Notes: generated from the letters alone by a model not told the origin. Numbered from the stretch's first letter, positions 47,889 through 57,892 are shown. The stretch: DNA of 64,000 bases from a virus (IMGVR_UViG_3300048922_000467:1-64000); one strand, 5' to 3'. Numbers and translations: made by a program.

Positions 47889-47936
47889 AATCAACAAGTT
47901 ATGTCGCGCAAATTTTCCGTTGCGCCGATGATGGAT
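47889..47936 (+). other. att junction: IHF site plus dusA 5'-like core (SRKFSVAPMMD)
   Basis: AATCAACAAGTTA matches WATCAAnnnnTTR; frame stops after RVDQK instead of continuing as DusA. Confidence 0.75.
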
Positions 47937-48135
47937 CGGGTCGATCAAAAATGATGAACCATTAGATACTGGGTATTGGGGAGACCTGGTGTTTTGCTGT
48001 AGCAAAATCTCAGCAAATTTGAAAAGGTGATTTCGTAAATTATCAAGCAGAAGTGCTATCCCAGGCCGACATTGCGAGTACTCCTTCAGGCACAACTCGT
48101 CAGCTCGTTCTTAGTGATCCCGGATTGAATCCTTA

Positions 48136-48151
48136 CTGTACACAAATACAG
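48136..48151 (+). promoter_or_regulatory. LexA (SOS) box
   Basis: ta-CTGTACACAAATACAG-ta; followed only by a 16-codon ORF remnant. Confidence 0.85.
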
Positions 48152-48501
48152 TATTAGCTGGGCCTCATCATGGACACCGACATACCCGGCTTCGAGCTTA
48201 GTAATGCCGATCCTCAATAAACTGCTTCAGTAGCAGAGCCACCTGCGCTGCATTTTTAGCTCTCAAGTTTCGACTTTTGAGAGATTCCTACACATGTAAA
48301 CGCGCGAACGGATGGCTAAACTTAATATTTAAAGTAAGCGATCACCAAGGCAAAATAAAAAATTTTTGTGTACTTGGCTAGCGCCGACTATACTATCTAG
48401 AGTATATCGCGCCAGAAGCAATAACTAAGAATTAACCCCAGAACCCACAGATTCTTTCTTATGATAATCCAGCATCGAACCTAAGAATTAGAGGCAGTGA
48501 A

Positions 48502-49302
48502 ATGTACCTTGTGAAAAGCTGCGAAAGACAACACAACATAAAAAATTGCAACACCATTATGCTTGGAAGCCTTTACTACTATAGAGCCATAGAAAACCCA
48601 GAAATAGCTGATAAAGATGAAGGAAAAGCCACCTACGAGATTGAAATTACCGGCCCTGCAATTATAAAGAAGAAGTGGCTGAATGTAATTTTGCAGGGGA
48701 TATTCTCGATAGATGAAGGCGCTGAAGAGACTCAGATTGCTCATGGGTTATTAAAACCCACCATCCACAAATATCAGTCCACCGGAGAAGGAAAAGACAA
48801 CGTACGAATCGAAAAGCTTCACGCAACAATTGAAAGAGATTCTTTCAATGAATTCATATATTGCATGTCCCTATTCGAAACACCGCCCCGAGACCCTAAA
48901 ATATTTTCAGGATACGATGACTATTGGACAGTGGAATTAAAACACGCCGATGCTATTGGCGGCATCATAGCGAGATTGATTGGCAAAGCCATAGTGGAAG
49001 GGCGCGACTCAGGAAAACACGTAATTGACCCTTTGATTGATCTCGAAACCGTCGACTGCTTATTCAGGTGTGATAGCGTTATGTACACATCGAGAAAGCT
49101 CGAAATAAATGAAGCAAATAATATCGAAGCAGAAGAATTCTTAAGCAAAATCGAAGACATTGCCTTTATTAAACCAAAAAAATTTGAATCCGAAAATGAA
49201 TTTCGCTTTAGCTTTATTATCTGCTCGGGCAACCGAATACTAGAGATTATGCCAGAACACTTAATACTTGACTCAACCGAGATCAGAAAACTAATCATCT
49301 GA
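48502..49302 (+). CDS. Low-GC hypothetical protein, possible ADP-ribosyltransferase-like fold
   Basis: YYR...YCMS...K...F..ENEFR. Confidence 0.6.
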   Translation: MYLVKSCERQHNIKNCNTIMLGSLYYYRAIENPEIADKDEGKATYEIEITGPAIIKKKWLNVILQGIFSIDEGAEETQIAHGLLKPTIHKYQSTGEGKDNVRIEKLHATIERDSFNEFIYCMSLFETPPRDPKIFSGYDDYWTVELKHADAIGGIIARLIGKAIVEGRDSGKHVIDPLIDLETVDCLFRCDSVMYTSRKLEINEANNIEAEEFLSKIEDIAFIKPKKFESENEFRFSFIICSGNRILEIMPEHLILDSTEIRKLII

Positions 49303-49494
49303 AACCTTAGCTTTTGACATTTAGGAACTTTTCGATACGTATTATGAGTATGAGCCATACCATAGGTATTTTCACTCATACAGCACAACAATATTACACA
49401 ATCATGCATTTAAATTAGCACGAGCCAAATGACCTAATTTCTCACCACAACGAGCCTATGATTAATTCATTAATCGACTACAGGAAATTAATAG

Positions 49495-50340
49495 ATGCCT
49501 GACTATGACCAGCCAACTAGCAGGAACATTCCATTACCTGTCCAGCGAGAAGTACGCCAAAGATGCGGATTTGGATGCGTAATTTGCGGACTGCCATTGT
49601 ACGAATACGAACACATGGAAGAATGGGCAATTGTTAAAAGGCATGTAGCGGATGAGATCACACTCCTATGCGACCAACACCATCGCGAAAAGACAGGTGG
49701 CTTGCTACCTAAAGAAGCAGTATTAGCTGCAAACTCTAAGCCTTACAATCTTCAGAAAAACACCCCAAAGCCTTACACTTTTCATTTTTTTGGAACCCAC
49801 GCGGAAATAATACTCGGCGGCAACAAGTTCACTTGTGAAGACAAAGGCTATGGCACGACTGTCGCAGCGCTAGTAATAGACAACCTGCCTCTTGTTGGAT
49901 TTGTCATCGCTGACGGCCACTTGCTTTTCAACCTGGTTGCTTTTGATGAGTTCAACCAAAAAATTCTACACATAAAAAACAATCATTTATTCTACGCTAC
50001 TATGCCTTGGGATATTCAGTTAGTAGGACGGACCCTAACTATAAGAGAAGCCCATCGAAAAATATTGATTGAAATTGAGTTCTGCCCTCCCAATAAGGTA
50101 ATAGTGAATCGAGGAAGATTCTTATTCAACGGCGTGGAAACGCTAATAAGCCCTGACAGACTCATGATAACAAATAACTCTATCAGCTTGATTCGAATGG
50201 CTGCAGTAGATTGCCCGATAGGCCTTCGCGTAGGAACTGGAAATAGCGGACCAGCAGCCTTCGCATTTGACCAGATACCAAGGTATAATTTCGATCGCAC
50301 TCAAGCAGAAGAATTTGAAAATAACCTCATGAATAATTAA
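49495..50340 (+). CDS. HNH endonuclease with beta-rich C-terminal domain
   Basis: R.IP..V.R.VRQRCGFGCVICG.....EH...LLC..HH. Confidence 0.85.
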   Translation: MPDYDQPTSRNIPLPVQREVRQRCGFGCVICGLPLYEYEHMEEWAIVKRHVADEITLLCDQHHREKTGGLLPKEAVLAANSKPYNLQKNTPKPYTFHFFGTHAEIILGGNKFTCEDKGYGTTVAALVIDNLPLVGFVIADGHLLFNLVAFDEFNQKILHIKNNHLFYATMPWDIQLVGRTLTIREAHRKILIEIEFCPPNKVIVNRGRFLFNGVETLISPDRLMITNNSISLIRMAAVDCPIGLRVGTGNSGPAAFAFDQIPRYNFDRTQAEEFENNLMNN

Positions 50341-50390
50341 ACGGATAATTCACACGAACAATAAACCCTTTAAAAATCATTAACACCTGT

Positions 50391-50936
50391 TCATTTTATT
50401 ATTTGACTTATAAAACTTTGACAAGCCTGTAGCGCCCTCAATCCATCGTCGCCATCACCGGTGATGCCGACAATTCGTTGAGCATGCGCTGGGTCAAGTT
50501 CGGCTCGCGTGGCTCCATGAACCACGCCGCCGGCGCCGGCGGCGGCTCGCAGCCCACCGTCACCACCTGCGGGGGGACGGGCGCCGGCGTTGAGTAGGAC
50601 TGACAGCCGCAGGTCAGCAGTAGCAAGCCTGTCACGCAGGCGATCGCGCTCATTTTGAGCATGGGTGAGTTCCTTGTGGTGAAGTTGGTCTTGCGCCTGC
50701 AGGCGCTGCTCGAGCGCCCCGCGCTTGGCTTGTTGCTGCTGTACCTGCTCCAGGACCATCGAGACAGCGCTGGCCTGCCGCTGGGCAGACTGGCGCTGCA
50801 TGTCGGCCACCTCGCGGCCCTTGCTGGCCAGCTGTCGCCCGTACTCATTGTCCTGCCAGAGCCAGGCGCCCCGACCACCGACGTACAGGCCCAGCAGCAG
50901 TACCAGGATCGCCAACCGCCAGTTCAGGCCCATCAC
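50391..50936 (-). CDS. i-spanin (Rz-like)
   Basis: N-terminal TM, coiled coil, L.ACQ C-terminus. Confidence 0.85.
   Translation of the reverse strand: MMGLNWRLAILVLLLGLYVGGRGAWLWQDNEYGRQLASKGREVADMQRQSAQRQASAVSMVLEQVQQQQAKRGALEQRLQAQDQLHHKELTHAQNERDRLRDRLATADLRLSVLLNAGARPPAGGDGGLRAAAGAGGVVHGATRAELDPAHAQRIVGITGDGDDGLRALQACQSFISQIIK
50438..50662 (-). CDS. o-spanin (Rz1-like lipoprotein) embedded in Rz
   Basis: Lipobox LTCGC, Pro-rich CEPPPAPAAW. Confidence 0.75.
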   Translation of the reverse strand: MLKMSAIACVTGLLLLTCGCQSYSTPAPVPPQVVTVGCEPPPAPAAWFMEPREPNLTQRMLNELSASPVMATMD

Positions 50937-51478
50937 TGCAGTACCTGCAGCGCGGCCTTGTAGAACGCTTCACGTTCCTCCAAGCCGTTGGTACCGCCGT
51001 TGATTCGCTTGGTGATAGTCACGAAAGCCCCCTTGTCGGCCAGGCTGTTTAGCCCCTCCTTGTGCCAGAACCAGGCCGCCGAGTTCGCCGCGTGCTCTGG
51101 CTGCTCGAGAAGTTCGGGGTGGTTGAGCAGGTCCAGGCCCAGGGCCTCACCGCAGCGCGCGTGATTGTCGCGCCCAGTGATCTGGATCAGGCCGTGGCCG
51201 CGATACTTCTGCCCGTCGCCGTCAGCCTCGGGCGTGTTGCCCAGCCGCGCGGCCAGGGGGCCGGTGTCGTACTTGGCCAGGTACTTGTCACTGCCCAGCT
51301 CGCGCACGTAGCGGAACTGCCCGGACTCGTGCCCGACCTGGGCCAGGAAGGCCGCGCGGCGCAGTCTGGTGACGATGCCCCATTTGCCCATGGCCGCATT
51401 GAGCGCAGGAACAAAAACGCCGGCGTTGCGGCCGGCGTTGGGGAAAATCTGCTGTAGCTGTCGAACGGTGATGGTCAT
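50933..51478 (-). CDS. GH19 endolysin
   Basis: FLAQ.GHES, YRG.GLIQITG, INGG.NG. Confidence 0.92.
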   Translation of the reverse strand: MTITVRQLQQIFPNAGRNAGVFVPALNAAMGKWGIVTRLRRAAFLAQVGHESGQFRYVRELGSDKYLAKYDTGPLAARLGNTPEADGDGQKYRGHGLIQITGRDNHARCGEALGLDLLNHPELLEQPEHAANSAAWFWHKEGLNSLADKGAFVTITKRINGGTNGLEEREAFYKAALQVLQ

Positions 51479-51511
51479 CTTGCTTCTCCAGATAGGGGGC
51501 ATGGCCCCGCG

Positions 51512-52558
51512 TTACACCTGCACCACACGAAGCGGTTTGTCGGTTTTCTTGGTCTTCTTGCCTTTGGCTTTTGCCTTGCCCTTCTTGCCGCCGTTGCACT
51601 CCACGGTCGTGGTCCACCCGGACTGGGTGAACACTTGATCGACTCCGTCCACCAGGTACTCGCCGTCCAAGCCAGGCTTGAACCCTTGGGCGTTGATCGA
51701 GCGTTCGGCGAACAGATCAGTGCGCCCAGGCATCTCGAGGCGCACGCCGGCGGTGCTGCGGTTGAACGCTGCCAAACGCGCCTTGGCGGCCTGCTGGGCA
51801 GCGGTCTTGTTGGGGTAGACGTGCCGATCGGTATGCACAGGCGGCAGGCTGTCCGGGGCGTCGTCGTTGCCCAGCTCGACCACCTGCAGCTTTCCAGTCT
51901 TCTGGTCTTGGTGCTGGGTCTTCACCGCCTTCTGCGTGCTGCGATCGCCAAGCCGAAATTGGTACCGGTTCACGTCGGTCTTGTTGATCGTCACCACCGA
52001 CATGGCCTTGCCGGTGGTGCTCTGCCCGCCTTGACGCGGCATGACCAGCAGCTTGCCTTCGGCCACCTTGGCGGTGCAGTCGTATTGCTTGGCCAGGCGG
52101 GTGATGAAGTTAAAATCGGACTCGTTGCGCTGGTCGACGCGCTCGACCTTGGTGGCCACCGAACACACCGGCTCCCAGCCGTTGCGCTTGGCGATGTCGC
52201 CGACGATCTGCGACAGGGGCACGTCCTCCCAGCTGCCACTGCGCACGGTCTTGCCGCTGCCGCGCATGTCGCTGGCCTTGCCGCGCACCACGATGGTGTC
52301 AGGCGGGCCGGTCAGCTCGACCTCGTCGACCGTGTAAGCGCCCAATCGGGTCAGGGCCTGGCCTTCGTAGCCCATCAGGACCGCGACCTGACTCCCGCGT
52401 GCGGGCAGCGCCACGGCCTGATCGCGGTCGTCAATGCGCAGCTCGAACTCGTCCGACTCCATGCCGGGCTTGTCCGAGGTGCGCAGCATCAGCAGCCGAT
52501 CGTTGATCAGCGCCGTGATGTCGTTGCCGTCGGCGATGATCTGATAGGTAGGTTTCAT
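51512..52558 (-). CDS. P2 gpD-like baseplate hub
   Basis: D..G.ESD...L..DD, Q..ESD..F..RLA. Confidence 0.9.
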   Translation of the reverse strand: MKPTYQIIADGNDITALINDRLLMLRTSDKPGMESDEFELRIDDRDQAVALPARGSQVAVLMGYEGQALTRLGAYTVDEVELTGPPDTIVVRGKASDMRGSGKTVRSGSWEDVPLSQIVGDIAKRNGWEPVCSVATKVERVDQRNESDFNFITRLAKQYDCTAKVAEGKLLVMPRQGGQSTTGKAMSVVTINKTDVNRYQFRLGDRSTQKAVKTQHQDQKTGKLQVVELGNDDAPDSLPPVHTDRHVYPNKTAAQQAAKARLAAFNRSTAGVRLEMPGRTDLFAERSINAQGFKPGLDGEYLVDGVDQVFTQSGWTTTVECNGGKKGKAKAKGKKTKKTDKPLRVVQV

Positions 52559-52618
52559 GTGAGACTCCAGAAACAGCAAACCCCGCACCGGGCGGGGTTC
52601 GTGACGCGTAACGCTGCT

Positions 52619-52825
52619 TTAGCCGAACAGCTGCAGCAGCTCGACGGCAGGTGCCGCCAGGTCAGGTAGGTGGATGAGCAGACCGGCGCGGTACGGCTGC
52701 GCCTGCCTGGCCAGGTCCGGGTTGGCCTCCAGCACCGCCTCGACGGTGCCATTGAGGTGCCCGTAATACTGCTGACAGAGCACGTCCAGCAGATCCCCGT
52801 TAGACGTTCTGCAGGTCGTTGCCAT
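52619..52825 (-). CDS. P2 gpX-like tail protein (LysM-like)
   Basis: GD.LD..C..YYG....VE.VL.ANP.L. Confidence 0.9.
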   Translation of the reverse strand: MATTCRTSNGDLLDVLCQQYYGHLNGTVEAVLEANPDLARQAQPYRAGLLIHLPDLAAPAVELLQLFG

Positions 52826-53645
52826 AGCTCACAAACTCCAAGGTGAAGCCCTGCTTACGCGGGATGCCGCCGGCGAGCAGATTGCTCTGCTCTTCCTCGA
52901 CGCTGACCAGGCACCAGTCGCCCAGCACCTCGCCATAGCCGGTGACCAGATTCAGCGGCCGTAGGCCTCGCCCGATCGTGCGCAGGGTGTTGAGTTGTTT
53001 CAGCCCGCCCTTGTGATGCGGGAAGATCGCGCCCTTGAGGGTGATCTTCTCTTCGCCCAGGCCGACCGCCTGCTGGGCCACGCTCCGGCGCAGCCGCTCC
53101 TGACCCGCCCAGCGGAAGGACGCCTGCCGGCGCAGTTCGTCGAACGCGGCCGTGTCGAGGTTGAAGTAGTACGGTTGCACGTTGGGGTCGTGCGTCTGGA
53201 TGATCAGCAGATGCGGATACGGCGCCACGGCCTGGGGCTTCGGGGTTGCCGAGGCTGCCAGGCTGCTGGACGGCACGACGCTGGCCAGCGCAGGGCTGGT
53301 CTTGCCGGCGAACTGGATCACCTTCGCCGAGACCTTGCTGGCCATCTGCTTGAAGGCTCCCAGCCGCTCCTGCACCTGGGAGACCCCGGACACGACACGG
53401 TTGTACGTCGACGCTACCTGGCCGACCCGTGCCTGGGCCATGTTAATGGTACGCATCATCCGGCCCAGCTTTTCACTGGCACCTGACGGCAGAAACGGGA
53501 TGTTCTGCAGGTCCGTGGCCGCGCCGGTGATGTTGACCACGGCAGTATTGAGCGGGGCCAGCATGCCGTCTGCACTCTTGCGACCGGCCTCCCCCGCCGC
53601 CACCAGGCCCGACAGTGACGCCTCCAATTGCTGCATGTACGCCAT
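52800..53645 (-). CDS. P2 gpU-like tube initiator with N-terminal extension
   Basis: RW..Q.R.....Q..G.G...I.L.G, G...G.W. Confidence 0.85.
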   Translation of the reverse strand: MAYMQQLEASLSGLVAAGEAGRKSADGMLAPLNTAVVNITGAATDLQNIPFLPSGASEKLGRMMRTINMAQARVGQVASTYNRVVSGVSQVQERLGAFKQMASKVSAKVIQFAGKTSPALASVVPSSSLAASATPKPQAVAPYPHLLIIQTHDPNVQPYYFNLDTAAFDELRRQASFRWAGQERLRRSVAQQAVGLGEEKITLKGAIFPHHKGGLKQLNTLRTIGRGLRPLNLVTGYGEVLGDWCLVSVEEEQSNLLAGGIPRKQGFTLEFVSYGNDLQNV

Positions 53646-53654
53646 AGCGGTTCC

Positions 53655-56600
53655 TTAGACATGGGGTTGATCGAACAGCTGGGCCGAGGCCATACGCGAG
53701 GCCGCCTCGCGGCTCCAGGACTCGAACAATTGCCTCAGTGGGCCTTCCATCTCACGCAGCAGCTGCGCCGGGTCTTTCACGTCGCCCTGCACGTCGAGCT
53801 TGATGCTCGGCGAGAAAGAGAACGCTTGGTCGACCTTCGGCGCCGGCGGCGTCGCTGCCTTAGCCGGAGCGGCGTCGGGCAGTTTCGCCGGCGGCGCTGC
53901 GCTCTTGCTCATGCCGCGCACCAGGTCGCCCAGTCCGGCAGGCGGTTGAGGTCTGACGGGATCTGCGCCGGGGAACCGCACCGCACTGGCTGCAGGTGCC
54001 GGCACCACGAAGGGGGCTTCGGCCGGTGTCGCCGGCGCAGGCTTGGCCCTGACCGCTGCGCCCAGCTTTGGCGCCGGACCATGCTGCACGCGTGTCGCCG
54101 CTTCGGCCTTGGCTCGCCCCGCCTGCTCGGCTTCGTACTTCTCCCGGTAGCCCGGGGGCACCAGGTCAGCCCCCGGGAAGCGCACCCGCCCGGCCGTCAG
54201 TGCCGGCACCACGAAGGGATCTTCGCCGCCTGGGCCGTACTGCACGCCCGACGCCGCCCCGGCCTTGGCTTGCGCCGCCTGGGCTTGCTCCGCTTCGTAC
54301 TTCTCCCGGTAACCCGGAGGCACCAGGTCAGCACTAGGGAAGCGCACCCGCCCGGCCGCGAGTGCCGGCACCAGAAGCGCGTCCTCAGAATCAGGGTCGC
54401 GCGGGTCATACGACACAGCCCGTGTCGGCGGCGCAGGCTGCGGCTTGATCTCCCGATCGGCGGGCGGCGTGACGGGTAATGTTGCTGCAGGTGCGGTGGA
54501 TGGCTTCGCCTTGGCGCCCTCTGCCTTGGCCTCTTCCGCGTCCTCGCCGAATAGGCGCTTGCCCAGCCAGCCGCCTGCCGACTCGCCACCAAGCCCACCG
54601 AGGAACGCGCCGACCAAACCGCCGACCGCTGTACCGATCACCGGAACCACGGACCCGATCGCCGCGCCTGCAGCAGCACCGGCAAGCGTGCCCGCCATGC
54701 CACCAGCAGCACCGCCGTAGCCTTCGGCCTTCTCGTCCTGGGTCTTGGCATTCATCGCCACGTCCAGGACCGTAGCGCCGCCATCGATCAGCTTGGCGCC
54801 TGGCACGAACTTGCCCAGGCGTGTGACGCCGCGTAGCGCACGGGCGGCCTTGCCCAGCTTCGACGCGCCGGTGAGGGCTGACGGCGCTGCAGGTGGCACG
54901 GCTGGAATCTGCGGCTTGGGCACAGGCACCTTGGTCGACAGCTTGGCCTTGGCAGCAGGCCCACCAGCACCGCCCTGTCGCGCGGCGCGGCGGCGCTCCC
55001 GGCGCCGTGTCCGCCGACTGCCCTTTGAACCGCCTGCAGGGCCGTTATTAGCGACCCGACTGCCAATCCCACCGATGGCATCGGCATTGACCACGAACAC
55101 GCGCTGCGGGTCGTTGGCGGCCTCTGCGGCCTCAGTCGAGGCGCCCGGTGCGAATACCTTGCCCAGCAGGCCCAGCCCGGTGTCCAGCACCTTGCTGCCG
55201 GTCTTGGGCAGGTTGATAGGCGGCCGCGCGGCCCGGTTGCCCCGATCGGCCATGCCTTCCAGGCTGCGGCCGAGCGCGATGTTGAGTACCCCGCGCCCGA
55301 TCTTCAACGCACTGCGCGCCGTCACGAAGGCCATCACGGCCGCCGTGACGCCGGCAATGCCCATGACCAGCGGCTGGAAGTCGTCGGCCAAGGCGGTGAC
55401 CTTGCGCGCGACCAGGGTCAGTCCCTTGGCCGCCAGGTCAGTGGCCGGGCGGATGGCATCGCCAATGCTGCGCATCGAGTCGTCGGCCGCCTGGCGCAGT
55501 TCGTCCCACTGCTGTTTCGAGGTCTCGCGGCGCTCGGTCAGGTTCTTGTCGAGGATGCCCGAGGCCTTGCGCGAGTCGGCCTTGAGTTCTTCGTAAAGTC
55601 CGCGATTCTGCCCGTAGGCCGTGAGCGCGGCCTTGACTTGCATGTCGGCGAAGATGTCGCCGGTACGCAAGGTGCGCTCCAGCGCCTCGAGCGCGGCCTT
55701 GGCCTTCTCCGGGTCGGCCTCCTTGTCGATGTTGGCCTTGGCCTCTTCGATCTTCTTGGCCTTGGCAGGATCGGTCGCCTGGACGTACTTCATGGCCAGG
55801 GCCATGGACGACTCGATGACGTTCATGCCCTTCTGCAGGCCAGTGTTCAGCGAACCCTGATAGTCGATGCCGGCGTCCTTGTACGCCTTGACTACGTCGC
55901 CGGCGCCGATCTTCTCCATCCAGTTCTTGAAGTTGTTCGCCGCCTCGTCCGAACTGCCGGCGGTCTTCATCTGCACCTGCAGCATCGAGCCGAGCGAGGT
56001 CACCGCGTCCAGTCCGGTGATGCCGTTCTTCTCCATGCCGGCGAGCAGCTGCGGGAACCACTTGGCCATATCGTTGGCCTCGAAGCTACCCGCCTGGCCT
56101 TGGTAGGCGATCGCCTCCAGGGCCTGCTGCATGACCTTGGGATCGCTGATCTTGGCGTTCTGCTCGAGCGCCTGAATCATCGACGCCGTGTCGACGCCCG
56201 AGGCGCCCTGGCCCACGGCGAACTTGGCTGCCACCGGGGCATAGGACATGGCCTTGTCCAGGTCCATGCCAGCGCCGACCAGCTGGTTGACCAGGTCGGC
56301 CACGTCGTTGCGCGACATGCCGGTGTCCTTGGCCGTGTCGATCACGGTACGGCTTAGCTGCTGTTCCTCGGGCTTGTTGGCGATGTCGGCCTTGATGGCG
56401 ATGTCGCGGATGATGGCCTGATAATTTGCGCTGATCGTCGTCGGTACCGCAGCCAGTCCTGTGGCGACCACGGCCTGGCCGATGTTGGACTTGAGCGCAC
56501 TCTTACCCGCCTGCAGCTGCTGGTGACCCTTGAGCTGCAGGTCGGCCGCCCTCGCCTCGCGGCCCAGTCGCTGGTACTCGCGGCCCAGTCGTCCGACTTC

Positions 56601-56861
56601 GATCCCCTGCTTGCGCAGCGCATCCAGATTGCCGTCCAGTTTCTTCTGCAGCTTGTCGGCATTGGCCGACCCGCTGTCGTGCGCGCGCTTCCACTCCTCG
56701 CGCAGCTTGATGGTCTCGCCGATAGTGCTCTTGAGCACCTTGGCCTTGTTGCCCTTGGCCTCGAGCTTCTGGATGCCGTTTTCGACGGTCCTGAACGCGG
56801 CGCCGACCGACGAGGCGACCGCGCCGCCGATCACCAGCGATAACGCTACCCTGCCCGCCAT
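53655..56861 (-). CDS. Tape measure protein (prophage B) with C-terminal Pro/Ala repeats
   Basis: GQAGSFE..DMA..FP motif, glycine zipper; position. Confidence 0.9.
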   Translation of the reverse strand: MAGRVALSLVIGGAVASSVGAAFRTVENGIQKLEAKGNKAKVLKSTIGETIKLREEWKRAHDSGSANADKLQKKLDGNLDALRKQGIEVGRLGREYQRLGREARAADLQLKGHQQLQAGKSALKSNIGQAVVATGLAAVPTTISANYQAIIRDIAIKADIANKPEEQQLSRTVIDTAKDTGMSRNDVADLVNQLVGAGMDLDKAMSYAPVAAKFAVGQGASGVDTASMIQALEQNAKISDPKVMQQALEAIAYQGQAGSFEANDMAKWFPQLLAGMEKNGITGLDAVTSLGSMLQVQMKTAGSSDEAANNFKNWMEKIGAGDVVKAYKDAGIDYQGSLNTGLQKGMNVIESSMALAMKYVQATDPAKAKKIEEAKANIDKEADPEKAKAALEALERTLRTGDIFADMQVKAALTAYGQNRGLYEELKADSRKASGILDKNLTERRETSKQQWDELRQAADDSMRSIGDAIRPATDLAAKGLTLVARKVTALADDFQPLVMGIAGVTAAVMAFVTARSALKIGRGVLNIALGRSLEGMADRGNRAARPPINLPKTGSKVLDTGLGLLGKVFAPGASTEAAEAANDPQRVFVVNADAIGGIGSRVANNGPAGGSKGSRRTRRRERRRAARQGGAGGPAAKAKLSTKVPVPKPQIPAVPPAAPSALTGASKLGKAARALRGVTRLGKFVPGAKLIDGGATVLDVAMNAKTQDEKAEGYGGAAGGMAGTLAGAAAGAAIGSVVPVIGTAVGGLVGAFLGGLGGESAGGWLGKRLFGEDAEEAKAEGAKAKPSTAPAATLPVTPPADREIKPQPAPPTRAVSYDPRDPDSEDALLVPALAAGRVRFPSADLVPPGYREKYEAEQAQAAQAKAGAASGVQYGPGGEDPFVVPALTAGRVRFPGADLVPPGYREKYEAEQAGRAKAEAATRVQHGPAPKLGAAVRAKPAPATPAEAPFVVPAPAASAVRFPGADPVRPQPPAGLGDLVRGMSKSAAPPAKLPDAAPAKAATPPAPKVDQAFSFSPSIKLDVQGDVKDPAQLLREMEGPLRQLFESWSREAASRMASAQLFDQPHV

Positions 56862-56880
56862 GGATACCTCCCCTGCCCGC

Positions 56881-56982
56881 TCAGTCCGTGAGCCACCAAA
56901 CCATGTCGGCATACGACATGGTCATGATTTCTTGCGCGGAAAAATGCAGCTCGGACGCCAGGCGCCTGGCCGCATGCTTCAA
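56881..56982 (-). CDS. GpE'-like small tail chaperone extension
   Basis: LA.ELHFSAQEIM.M......W; not in ORF track. Confidence 0.6.
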   Translation of the reverse strand: MKHAARRLASELHFSAQEIMTMSYADMVWWLTD

Positions 56983-56992
56983 CGTCTGCGGG

Positions 56993-57289
56993 TTACAGTT
57001 CGTCTTCTCGCACCAGAAAGTTGTACCCGGTGGCCAGGCGGTTGTAGTCCTTGTAGGTCAGCCCCTCCAGATCCTTCACCCCCACTTCGGACAGGGAGGC
57101 GAACAGGTTCAGCTCGCGCTGCTCATCGTCGTCACCGCCGGTCTGCGTGGAAACGCGCACGTCACGCACGGTAGGCGAGCGCATGGTGATGGTCTGCACG
57201 TTCACGCCGTTGACCTCGCTCGGCTTGGTCAGGGTGATGGTGACGCTCTCGGCGCTCAGGTTCAGGTACTTCGGTACTGGCTTGCTCAT
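56993..57289 (-). CDS. Tail assembly chaperone (gpE-like)
   Basis: MR.PTV.D, E..LFA.L, DY.RL. Confidence 0.85.
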   Translation of the reverse strand: MSKPVPKYLNLSAESVTITLTKPSEVNGVNVQTITMRSPTVRDVRVSTQTGGDDDEQRELNLFASLSEVGVKDLEGLTYKDYNRLATGYNFLVREDEL

Positions 57290-57382
57290 GGTGTGGTGTC
57301 CTTGGGAAATAGTCGAGAGGCGGCCCACGTGTCATGGGTCGCCAGGTAGTCGGGGGGATAGGGAAGCCGAGGGGTAGCGGGC

Positions 57383-57892
57383 TTACAGGCCGAGGTCGGA
57401 GCGCTGGCTGGCCAGCTGGTCAGTGCCGTTGATCACGCGCTTCATGCCGATCGGATCGATCTCGTAGATCAGCTCGCCGCCGACCTCGAGCTTGTAGTAG
57501 GTGACGGCGATGCCATGCTTGACCTCGGCCTTGTCGCCGGCCTTCCAGTCGCCCATGTCCAGCTCCTTGAGCAGGCCGCGCAGGGTGACGACGACTGCCT
57601 TGGTCGCGCCGCGCTGGCCCTTGAACGAGCCACGGAACGTGCCGTTGAAGGCGTTACCGTCGGCCAGACCGAAGAACTTCAGCGACTCCTTGCGCACGCC
57701 GGTGGTGGTGAAGTTGGATTCCATCTTCTCCATGCCCATGTCCAGCTCGATGCCGATGTCCATGCCACCGGCACGGTGCTCCTCGGTCTTGAGCGTGAGC
57801 TTGGGCAGGGTCAGGCTGGGCACGTCGCCCTGAAAGCTGACGCCGTCGACGAACAGGTTGGTGTTCGCCAGGGTTTCGGGAATCAATGCCAT
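57383..57892 (-). CDS. Major tail tube protein (FII)
   Basis: N.NLFVDG, LPKL..K.EE.R.GGM. Confidence 0.92.
   Translation of the reverse strand: MALIPETLANTNLFVDGVSFQGDVPSLTLPKLTLKTEEHRAGGMDIGIELDMGMEKMESNFTTTGVRKESLKFFGLADGNAFNGTFRGSFKGQRGATKAVVVTLRGLLKELDMGDWKAGDKAEVKHGIAVTYYKLEVGGELIYEIDPIGMKRVINGTDQLASQRSDLGL

Larger units (their letters stand above)
1..47936. mobile_element. Prophage A: siphovirus-like temperate phage integrated at a dusA-type att site (left boundary outside or at window start)
   Basis: Terminase, portal, scaffold, capsid, tail tube, tape measure, tail tip, lysozyme, replication genes and tyrosine integrase, ending at a dusA-like FSVAPMMD segment. Confidence 0.9.
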
